From the IMG/VR virus record IMGVR_UViG_641736116_000027: 36,109 bases of DNA. The stretch is one strand, 5' to 3'. Position numbers and translations under genes: made by a program. The notes under the pieces are model-generated. The model was not told where the DNA came from. It saw only the letters and a list, made by a program, of their open reading frames with translations, and ran no database searches. Shown here piece by piece: positions 21,546 through 32,612 of this stretch (its first letter is position 1; the number at the start of each line of letters is the position of its first letter). This DNA comes from a virus. Its lineage: Duplodnaviria > Heunggongvirae > Uroviricota > Caudoviricetes.

Positions 21546-21937
21546 AACATACTGAACTCCGTGCAGCCGTACTGGATGCACTGGAGAAGCATGACACCGG
21601 GGCGACGTTTTTTGATGGTCGCCCCGCTGTTTTTGATGAGGCGGATTTTCCGGCAGTTGCCGTTTATCTCACCGGCGCTGAATACACGGGCGAAGAGCTG
21701 GACAGCGATACCTGGCAGGCGGAGCTGCATATCGAAGTTTTCCTGCCTGCTCAGGTGCCGGATTCAGAGCTGGATGCGTGGATGGAGTCCCGGATTTATC
21801 CGGTGATGAGCGATATCCCGGCACTATCAGATTTGATCACCAGTATGGTGGCCAGTGGCTATGACTACCGGCGCGACGATGATGCGGGCCTGTGGAGTTC
21901 AGCCGATCTGACTTATGTCATTACCTATGAAATGTGA
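21542..21937 (+). CDS. U: tail terminator protein U (131 aa)
   Basis: Matches lambda gpU as recalled. Confidence 0.9.
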
Positions 21938-21944
21938 GGACGAT

Positions 21945-22685
21945 ATGCCAACACCAAATCCTCTGGCACCGGTGAAAGGGGCCGGGACCACACTGTGGGT
22001 TTATAACGGGAACGGCGACCCATATGCAAACCCGCTTTCAGACAATGACTGGTCGCGTCTGGCAAAGGTTAAAGACCTGACGCCCGGCGAACTGACCGCT
22101 GAGTCCTATGACGACAGTTATCTCGATGATGAAGATGCGGACTGGGCCGCGACCGGACAGGGGCAGAAATCCGCTGGAGATACCAGCTTCACGCTGGCGT
22201 GGATGCCCGGAGAGCAGGGGCAGCAGGCGCTGCTGGCGTGGTTTAATGAAGGTGATACCCGTGCCTATAAAATCCGCTTCCCGAACGGCACGGTCGATGT
22301 GTTCCGCGGCTGGGTCAGCAGTATCGGTAAGGCGGTGACGGCGAAGGAAGTGATCACCCGCACGGTGAAAGTCACCAACGTGGGACGTCCGTCGATGGCA
22401 GAAGATCGCAGCACGGTAACAGCGGCAACCGGCATGACCGTGACGCCTGCCAGCACCTCGGTGGTGAAAGGGCAGAGCACGACGCTGACCGTGGCATTCC
22501 AGCCGGAAGGCGCAACCGACAAGAGCTTCCGTGCGGTGTCTGCGGATAAAACAAAAGCCACCGTGTCGGTCAGTGGTATGACCATCACCGTGAAAGGTGT
22601 TGCTGCAGGCAAGGTCAACATTCCGGTCGTATCCGGTAATGGTGAGTTTGCTGCGGTTGCAGAAATCAACGTCACCGCCAGTTAA
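21945..22685 (+). CDS. V: major tail tube protein V (246 aa)
   Basis: [20 protein letters not shown]... matches lambda gpV as recalled. The ATG at 21945 is used rather than the upstream start in the ORF track. Confidence 0.95.
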   Translation: MPTPNPLAPVKGAGTTLWVYNGNGDPYANPLSDNDWSRLAKVKDLTPGELTAESYDDSYLDDEDADWAATGQGQKSAGDTSFTLAWMPGEQGQQALLAWFNEGDTRAYKIRFPNGTVDVFRGWVSSIGKAVTAKEVITRTVKVTNVGRPSMAEDRSTVTAATGMTVTPASTSVVKGQSTTLTVAFQPEGATDKSFRAVSADKTKATVSVSGMTITVKGVAAGKVNIPVVSGNGEFAAVAEINVTAS

Positions 22686-22700
22686 TCCGGAGAATCAGCG

Positions 22701-23123
22701 ATGTTCCTGAAAACCGAATCATTTGAACATAACGGCGTGACCGTCACGCTTTCTGAACTGTCAGCCCTGCAGCGTATTGAGCATCTCGCCCTGATGAAAC
22801 GGCAGGCAGAACAGGCGGAGTCAGACAGCAACCGGAAGTTTACTGTGGAAGACGCCATCAGAACCGGCGCTTTTGTGGTGGCGATGTCCCTGTGGCATAA
22901 CCATCCGAAGAAGACGCAGATGCCGTCCATGAATGAAGCCGTTAAACAGATTGAGCAGGAAGTGCTTACCACCTGGCCCGCGGAGGCAATTTCTCATGCT
23001 GAAAACGTGGTGTACCGGCTGTCCGGTATGTATGAGTTTGTGGTGAATGATGCCCCTGAACAGGCAGAGGACGCCGGGCCTGCAGAGCCTGTTTCTGCGG
23101 GAAAGTGTTCGACGGTGAGCTGA
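22701..23123 (+). CDS. G: tail assembly chaperone G (140 aa)
   Basis: Matches lambda gpG as recalled. Confidence 0.9.
   Translation: MFLKTESFEHNGVTVTLSELSALQRIEHLALMKRQAEQAESDSNRKFTVEDAIRTGAFVVAMSLWHNHPKKTQMPSMNEAVKQIEQEVLTTWPAEAISHAENVVYRLSGMYEFVVNDAPEQAEDAGPAEPVSAGKCSTVS
23099..23105 (+). promoter_or_regulatory. programmed -1 ribosomal frameshift slippery heptamer G_GGA_AAG (G to G-T fusion)
   Basis: GGGAAAG at 23099-23105 lies in the G frame near its 3' end, and the T ORF is in the -1 frame starting at 23105. This is the established lambda G/GT frameshift arrangement. Confidence 0.85.
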
Positions 23124-23539
23124 GTTTTGCCCTGAAACTGGCGCGCGAGATGGGGCGACCCGACTGGCGTGCCATGCTTGCCGGGATGTCATCCACGGAG
23201 TATGCCGACTGGCACCGCTTTTACAGTACCCATTATTTTCATGATGTTCTGCTGGATATGCACTTTTCCGGGCTGACGTACACCGTGCTCAGCCTGTTTT
23301 TCAGCGATCCGGATATGCATCCGCTGGATTTCAGTCTGCTGAACCGGCGTGAGGCTGACGAAGAGCCTGAAGATGATGTGCTGATGCAGAAAGCGGCAGG
23401 GCTTGCTGGAGGCGTTCGTTTTGGCCCGGACGGGAATGAAGTTATCCCCGCTTCCCCGGATGTGGCGGACATGACGGAGGATGACGTAATGCTGATGACA
23501 GTATCAGAAGGGATCGCAGGAGGAGTCCGGTATGGCTGA
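23105..23539 (+). CDS. T: T portion of the tail assembly chaperone G-T fusion (144 aa in T frame)
   Basis: ORF in the -1 frame relative to G, overlapping the G 3' end. Matches lambda gpT as recalled. Confidence 0.85.
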   Translation: MFDGELSFALKLAREMGRPDWRAMLAGMSSTEYADWHRFYSTHYFHDVLLDMHFSGLTYTVLSLFFSDPDMHPLDFSLLNRREADEEPEDDVLMQKAAGLAGGVRFGPDGNEVIPASPDVADMTEDDVMLMTVSEGIAGGVRYG

Positions 23540-26081
23540 ACCGGTAGGCGATCTGGTCGTTGATTTAAGTCTGGATGCGGCCAGATTTGACGAGCAGATG
23601 GCCAGAGTCAGGCGTCATTTTTCCGGTACGGAAAGTGATGCGAAAAAAACAGCGGCAGTCGTTGAACAGTCGATGAGCCGGCAGGCGCTGGCTGCACAGA
23701 AAGCGGGAATTTCCGTCGGGCAGTATAAAGCCGCCATGCGTATGCTGCCTGCGCAGTTCACTGACGTGGCCACGCAGCTTGCAGGTGGGCAAAGTCCGTG
23801 GCTGATCCTGCTGCAACAGGGGGGGCAGGTGAAGGACTCCTTCGGCGGGATGATCCCCATGTTCCGGGGGCTTGCCGGTGCGATCACCCTGCCGATGGTG
23901 GGGGCCACCTCGCTGGCGGTGGCGACCGGTGCGCTGGCGTATGCCTGGTATCAGGGCAACTCAACCCTGTCCGATTTCAACAAAACGCTGGTCCTTTCCG
24001 GCAATCAGGCCGGGCTGACGGCAGATCGTATGCTGGTCCTGTCCAGAGCCGGGCAGGCGGCAGGGCTGACGTTTAACCAGACCAGCGAGTCACTCAGCGC
24101 ACTGGTTAAGGCGGGGGTAAGCGGTGAGGCTCAGATTGCGTCCATCAGCCAGAGTGTGGCGCGTTTCTCCTCTGCATCAGGCGTGGAGGTGGACAAGGTC
24201 GCTGAAGCCTTCGGGAAGCTGACCACTGACCCGACGTCGGGGCTGACAGCGATGGCGCGCCAGTTCCATAACGTGACGGCGGAGCAGATTGCGTATGTTG
24301 CTCAGTTGCAGCGTTCCGGCGAAGAAGCCGGGGCATTGCAGGCGGCGAACGAGGCCGCGACGAAAGGGTTTGATGACCAGACCCGCCGCCTGAAAGAGAA
24401 CATGGGCACGCTGGAAACCTGGGCAGACAGGACAGCACGGGCATTCAAATCCATGTGGGATGCGGTGCTGGATATTGGTCGTCCTGATACCGCGCAGGAG
24501 ATGCTGATTAAGGCAGAGGCCGCGTTTAAGAAAGCGGACGATATCTGGAATCTGCGCAAGGATGATTATTTTGTTAACGATGAAGCGCGGGCGCGTTACT
24601 GGGATGATCGTGAAAAGGCCCGTCTTGCGCTTGAAGCCGCCCGAAAGAAGGCTGAGCAGCAGAGTCAACAGGACAAAAATGCGCAGCAACAGAGCGATAC
24701 CGAAGCGTCACGGCTGAAATATACCGAAGAGGCGCAGAAGGCTTACGAACGCCTGCAGACGCCGCTGGAGAAATATACCGCCCGTCAGGAAGAACTGAAT
24801 AAGGCACTGAAAGACGGGAAAATCCTGCAGGCAGATTACAACACGCTGATGGCGGCGGCGAAAAAGGACTATGAAGCGACGCTGAAAAAGCCGAAACAGT
24901 CCGGCGTGAAGGTGTCTGCGGGCGATCGTCAGGAAGACAGTGCTCATGCTGCCCTGCTGACGCTTCAGGCAGAACTCCGGATGCTGGAGAAGCATGCCGG
25001 AGCGAATGAGAAAATCAGCCAGCAGCGCCGGGATTTGTGGAAGGCAGAAAGTCAGTTCGCGGTACTGGAGGAGGCGGCACAACGTCGCCAGCTGTCCGCA
25101 CAGGAGAAATCCCTGCTGGCGCATAAAGACGAGACGCTGGAGTACAAACGCCAGCTGGCTGTACTTGGCGACAAGGTCACCTATCAGGAGCACCTGAACG
25201 CGCTGGCACAGCAGGCGGATAAATTCGCACAGCAACAACGGGCAAAACGGGCCGCCATTGATGCAAAAAACCGGGGGCTGACTGACCGGCAGGCAGCGCG
25301 GGAAGCCACGGAACAGCGCTTGAAGGAACAGTATGGCGATAATCCTCTGGCGCTGAATAACGTCATGTCAGAGCAGAAAAAGACCTGGGCAGCTGAAGAC
25401 CAGCTTCGCGGGAGCTGGATGGCAGGCCTCAGGTCAGGCTGGAGTGAGTGGGAAGAGAGCGCCACGGACAGTATGTCGCAGGTTAAAAGTGCTGCCACGC
25501 AGACCTTTGATGGTATTGCACAGAATATGGCGGCGATGCTGACCGGCAGTGAACAGAACTGGCGCAGCTTCACCCGTTCCGTGCTGTCCATGATGACAGA
25601 AATTCTGCTTAAGCAGGCAATGGTGGGGATTGTCGGAAGTATAGGCAGCGCCATTGGCGGCGGCGCATCAGCGTCAGGCGGTACAGCCATTCAGGCAGCT
25701 GCGGCGAAATTCCATTTTGCGGCCGGAGGGTTTACGGGAACCGGCGGCAAATATGAGCCAGCGGGGATTGTTCACCGTGGTGAATTTGTCTTCACGAAGG
25801 AGGCAACCAGCCGGATTGGCGTAGGAAATCTTTACCGGCTGATGCGCGGCTATGCCACCGGCGGTTATGTCGGTACACCGGGCAGCATGGCGGACAGCCG
25901 GTCGCAGGCGTCCGGGACGTTTGAGCAGAATAACCATGTGGTGATTAACAACGACGGCACGAACGGTCAGATAGGGCCACAGGCACTGAAGGCGGTTTAT
26001 GACGTAGCCCGTAAGGCGGCAATGGATGTTGTGACCGGGCAGATGCGCGATGGTGGTCTGTTCTCCGGAGGTGGACGATGA
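23532..26081 (+). CDS. H: tail tape-measure protein H (849 aa)
   Basis: Lambda gpH-like throughout. It is 4 aa shorter than lambda gpH (853 aa as I recall), inferred from the coordinate offset. Confidence 0.95.
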   Translation: MAEPVGDLVVDLSLDAARFDEQMARVRRHFSGTESDAKKTAAVVEQSMSRQALAAQKAGISVGQYKAAMRMLPAQFTDVATQLAGGQSPWLILLQQGGQVKDSFGGMIPMFRGLAGAITLPMVGATSLAVATGALAYAWYQGNSTLSDFNKTLVLSGNQAGLTADRMLVLSRAGQAAGLTFNQTSESLSALVKAGVSGEAQIASISQSVARFSSASGVEVDKVAEAFGKLTTDPTSGLTAMARQFHNVTAEQIAYVAQLQRSGEEAGALQAANEAATKGFDDQTRRLKENMGTLETWADRTARAFKSMWDAVLDIGRPDTAQEMLIKAEAAFKKADDIWNLRKDDYFVNDEARARYWDDREKARLALEAARKKAEQQSQQDKNAQQQSDTEASRLKYTEEAQKAYERLQTPLEKYTARQEELNKALKDGKILQADYNTLMAAAKKDYEATLKKPKQSGVKVSAGDRQEDSAHAALLTLQAELRMLEKHAGANEKISQQRRDLWKAESQFAVLEEAAQRRQLSAQEKSLLAHKDETLEYKRQLAVLGDKVTYQEHLNALAQQADKFAQQQRAKRAAIDAKNRGLTDRQAAREATEQRLKEQYGDNPLALNNVMSEQKKTWAAEDQLRGSWMAGLRSGWSEWEESATDSMSQVKSAATQTFDGIAQNMAAMLTGSEQNWRSFTRSVLSMMTEILLKQAMVGIVGSIGSAIGGGASASGGTAIQAAAAKFHFAAGGFTGTGGKYEPAGIVHRGEFVFTKEATSRIGVGNLYRLMRGYATGGYVGTPGSMADSRSQASGTFEQNNHVVINNDGTNGQIGPQALKAVYDVARKAAMDVVTGQMRDGGLFSGGGR

Positions 26082-26407
26082 AAACCTTCCGCTGGAAAGT
26101 GAAACCCGGTATGGATGTGGCTTCGGCCCCTTCCGTAAGAAAGGTGCGCTTTGGTGATGGCTATTCCCAGCGAGCGCCTGCCGGGCTGAATGCCGACCTG
26201 AAAACGTACAGCGTGACGCTTTCTGTTCCCCGTTGGGAGGCCACGGCGCTTGAGTCGTTTCTGGCTGAGCACGGGGGCTGGAAGGCCTTTCTGTGGACGC
26301 CGCCTTATGAGTGGCGGCAGATAAAGGTGACCTGCGCAAAATGGTCGTCGCGGGTCAGTATGCTGCGTGTTGAGTTCAGCGCAGAGTTTGAACAGGTGGT
26401 GAACTGA
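26078..26407 (+). CDS. M: minor tail protein M (109 aa)
   Basis: Matches lambda gpM as recalled. Confidence 0.9.
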   Translation: MKTFRWKVKPGMDVASAPSVRKVRFGDGYSQRAPAGLNADLKTYSVTLSVPRWEATALESFLAEHGGWKAFLWTPPYEWRQIKVTCAKWSSRVSMLRVEFSAEFEQVVN

Positions 26408-27105
26408 TGCAGGATATCCGGCAGGAAACACTGAATGAATGCACCCGTGCGGAGCAGTCGGCCAGCGTGGTGCTCTGGGAAATCGATCTGACAGAGGTCG
26501 GTGGAGAACGTTATTTTTTCTGTAATGAGCAGAACGAAAAAGGTGAGCCGGTCACCTGGCAGGGGCGACAGTATCAGCCGTATCCCATTCAGGGGAGTGG
26601 TTTTGAACTGAATGGCAAAGGCACCAGTACGCGCCCCACGCTGACGGTTTCTAACCTGTACGGTATGGTCACCGGGATGGCGGAAGATCTGCAGAGTCTG
26701 GTCGGCGGAACGGTGGTCCGGCGTAAGGTTTACGCCCGTTTTCTGGATGCGGTGAACTTCGTCAACGGAAACAGTGACGCCGATCCGGAGCAGGAGGTGA
26801 TCAGCCGCTGGCGCATTGAGCAGTGCAGCGAACTGAGCGCGGTGAGTGCCTCTTTTGTACTGTCCACGCCGACGGAAACGGACGGCGCTGTTTTTCCGGG
26901 ACGTATCATGCTGGCCAACACCTGCACCTGGACCTATCGCGGCGATGAGTGCGGTTATCACGGTCCGGCGGTCGCGGATGAATATGACCAGCCAACGTCC
27001 GATATCACGAAGGATAAATGCAGCAAATGCCTGAGCGGTTGTAAGTTCCGCAATAACGTCGGCAACTTTGGCGGCTTCCTTTCCATTAACAAACTTTCGC
27101 AGTAA
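26407..27105 (+). CDS. L: minor tail protein L (232 aa)
   Basis: Matches lambda gpL as recalled, including the C-terminal Cys-rich region. Confidence 0.9.
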   Translation: MQDIRQETLNECTRAEQSASVVLWEIDLTEVGGERYFFCNEQNEKGEPVTWQGRQYQPYPIQGSGFELNGKGTSTRPTLTVSNLYGMVTGMAEDLQSLVGGTVVRRKVYARFLDAVNFVNGNSDADPEQEVISRWRIEQCSELSAVSASFVLSTPTETDGAVFPGRIMLANTCTWTYRGDECGYHGPAVADEYDQPTSDITKDKCSKCLSGCKFRNNVGNFGGFLSINKLSQ

Positions 27106-27110
27106 ATCCC

Positions 27111-27854
27111 ATGACACAGACAGAATCAGCGATTCTGGCGCACGCCCGGCGATGTGCGCCAGCGGAGTCGTGCGGCTTCGTGGTAAGCACGCCGGAGGGG
27201 GAAAGATATTTCCCCTGCGTGAATATCTCCGGTGAGCCGGAGGCGTATTTCCGTATGTCGCCGGAAGACTGGCTGCAGGCAGAAATGCAGGGTGAGATTG
27301 TGGCGCTGGTCCACAGCCACCCCGGTGGTCTGCCCTGGCTGAGTGAGGCCGACCGGCGGCTGCAGGTGCAGAGTGATTTGCCGTGGTGGCTGGTCTGCCG
27401 GGGGACGATTCATAAGTTCCGCTGTGTGCCGCATCTCACCGGGCGGCGCTTTGAGCACGGGGTGACGGACTGTTACACGCTGTTCCGGGATGCTTATCAT
27501 CTGGCGGGGATTGAGATGCCGGATTTTCATCGCGAGGATGACTGGTGGCGTCACGGTCAGAATCTCTATCTGGATAATCTGGAGGCCACAGGGCTGTATC
27601 AGGTGCCGTTGTCATCAGCACAACCGGGCGATGTGCTGCTGTGCTGTTTTGGTTCATCGGTGCCGAATCATGCCGCCATTTACTGTGGTGATGGCGAGCT
27701 GCTGCACCATATTCCTGAACAACTGAGCAAACGAGAGAGGTATACCGACAAATGGCAGCGACGCACACACTCCCTCTGGCGTCACCGGGCATGGCGCGCA
27801 TCTGCCTTTACGGGGATTTGCAACGATTTGGCCGCCGCATCGACCTTCGTGTGA
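27111..27854 (+). CDS. K: tail tip assembly protein K with JAB/MPN-like and NlpC/P60-like motifs (247 aa from first ATG)
   Basis: Has an HSHPGG...SEAD JAMM-like motif and a downstream Cys-containing segment. The ORF starts 6 bp after the L stop. The classical lambda annotation starts at the internal Met, which falls at about 27255 here. Confidence 0.85.
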   Translation: MTQTESAILAHARRCAPAESCGFVVSTPEGERYFPCVNISGEPEAYFRMSPEDWLQAEMQGEIVALVHSHPGGLPWLSEADRRLQVQSDLPWWLVCRGTIHKFRCVPHLTGRRFEHGVTDCYTLFRDAYHLAGIEMPDFHREDDWWRHGQNLYLDNLEATGLYQVPLSSAQPGDVLLCCFGSSVPNHAAIYCGDGELLHHIPEQLSKRERYTDKWQRRTHSLWRHRAWRASAFTGICNDLAAASTFV

Positions 27855-28423
27855 AAACGGGGGCTGAAGCCATCCGCGCACTGGCCACACAGCTCCCGGT
27901 GTTTCGTCAGAAGCTGAGCGACGGCTGGTATCAGGTACGGATTACCGGGCGGGACGTCAGCACGTCCGGGTTAACGGCGCAGTTACATGAGACTCTGCCT
28001 GATGGCGCTGTGATTCATATTGTTCCCAGAGTCGCCGGGGCCAAGTCAGGTGGCGTATTCCAGATTGTCCTGGGGGCTGCCGCCATTGCCGGATCATTCT
28101 TTACCGCCGGAGCCACCCTTGCAGCATGGGGGGCAGCCATTGGGGCCGGTGGTATGACCGGCATCCTGTTTTCTCTCGGTGCCAGTATGGTGCTCGGTGG
28201 TGTGGCGCAGATGCTGGCACCGAAAGCCAGAACTCCCCGTACACAGACAACGGATAACGGCAAACAGAACACCTATTTCTCCTCACTGGATAACATGGTT
28301 GCCCAGGGCAATGTTCTGCCGGTTCTGTACGGTGAAATGCGCGTGGGGTCACGCGTGGTTTCTCAAGAGATCAGCACGGCAGACGAAGGGGACGGTGGTC
28401 AGGTTGTGGTGATTGGTCGCTGA
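27752..28423 (+). CDS. I: tail assembly protein I (223 aa)
   Basis: Matches lambda gpI as recalled. Overlaps the K 3' end. Confidence 0.9.
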   Translation: MAATHTLPLASPGMARICLYGDLQRFGRRIDLRVKTGAEAIRALATQLPVFRQKLSDGWYQVRITGRDVSTSGLTAQLHETLPDGAVIHIVPRVAGAKSGGVFQIVLGAAAIAGSFFTAGATLAAWGAAIGAGGMTGILFSLGASMVLGGVAQMLAPKARTPRTQTTDNGKQNTYFSSLDNMVAQGNVLPVLYGEMRVGSRVVSQEISTADEGDGGQVVVIGR

Positions 28424-28441
28424 TGCAAAATGTTTTATGTG

Positions 28442-28468
28442 AAACCGCCTCCGGGCGGTTTTATCGTT
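28442..28468 (+). promoter_or_regulatory. hairpin plus T-run in the I-J intergenic region
   Basis: AAACCGCC-TCCG-GGCGGTTT followed by TATCGTTT. It sits inside the tail operon, so possibly an attenuator or RNA-stability element. Confidence 0.3.
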
Positions 28469-28480
28469 TATGGAGCATGA

Positions 28481-31882
<3,402 letters not shown>

Positions 31883-31898
31883 ATTTTATAACCCAGAA

Positions 31899-31927
31899 CG
31901 GGCGTCAGAAATGACGCCTTTTTTATT
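31899..31927 (+). terminator. intrinsic terminator downstream of J
   Basis: GGCGTCA-GAAA-TGACGCC followed by TTTTTTATT. Confidence 0.7.
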
Positions 31928-31948
31928 GCAGAAAAGCGAGAGGTAATT

Positions 31949-32548
31949 ATGCGTAAACTTTATGCCGCCATTTTGTCCGCAGCCATTTGTCTGGCCGTAT
32001 CCGGTGCGCCTGCATGGGCATCTGAACATCAGTCCACGCTGAGCGCGGGGTATCTTCATGCCCGGACCAACGTTCCCGGCAGTGATGATCTGAACGGGAT
32101 TAACGTGAAATACCGTTATGAGTTTACGGATACGCTGGGGCTGGTGACGTCATTCAGCTATGCAGGAGACAAGAATCGCCAGCTGACCCGTTACAGCGAT
32201 ACCCGCTGGCATGAAGATTCCGTGCGTAACCGCTGGTTCAGCGTGATGGCGGGGCCGTCTGTGCGCGTGAATGAATGGTTCAGCGCGTATGCGATGGCGG
32301 GTATGGCTTACAGCCGTGTTTCGACTTTTTCCGGGGATTACCTTCGCGTAACTGACAACAAGGGGAAAACGCACGATGTGCTGACCGGAAGTGATGACGG
32401 TCGCCACAGCAACACGTCTCTGGCGTGGGGGGCTGGCGTGCAGTTTAACCCGACCGAATCCGTGGCCATTGATATTGCTTATGAAGGTTCTGGCAGTGGT
32501 GACTGGCGCACTGACGGGTTCATCGTGGGTGTTGGTTATAAATTCTGA
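31949..32548 (+). CDS. lom: Lom outer-membrane protein (Ail/Lom family), 199 aa
   Basis: Signal peptide MRKLYAAILSAAICLAVSGAPAWA and a beta-barrel pattern ending in the aromatic residue F. Lambda Lom-like. Confidence 0.95.
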   Translation: MRKLYAAILSAAICLAVSGAPAWASEHQSTLSAGYLHARTNVPGSDDLNGINVKYRYEFTDTLGLVTSFSYAGDKNRQLTRYSDTRWHEDSVRNRWFSVMAGPSVRVNEWFSAYAMAGMAYSRVSTFSGDYLRVTDNKGKTHDVLTGSDDGRHSNTSLAWGAGVQFNPTESVAIDIAYEGSGSGDWRTDGFIVGVGYKF

Positions 32549-32575
32549 TTAGCCAGGTAACACAGTGTTATGACA

Positions 32576-32602
32576 GCCCGCCGGTTCAGGCGGGCTTTTT
32601 TG
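32576..32602 (+). terminator. intrinsic terminator downstream of lom
   Basis: GCCCGCC-GGTTCA-GGCGGGC followed by TTTTTTG. Confidence 0.7.
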
Positions 32603-32612
32603 TGGGGTGAAT

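Noticed and set aside
24177-26339. Several 85-220-aa minus-strand ORFs inside H
   Set aside because: Antisense to the tape-measure gene. Their composition is Arg/Leu/Cys-rich in the way typical of spurious reverse frames.
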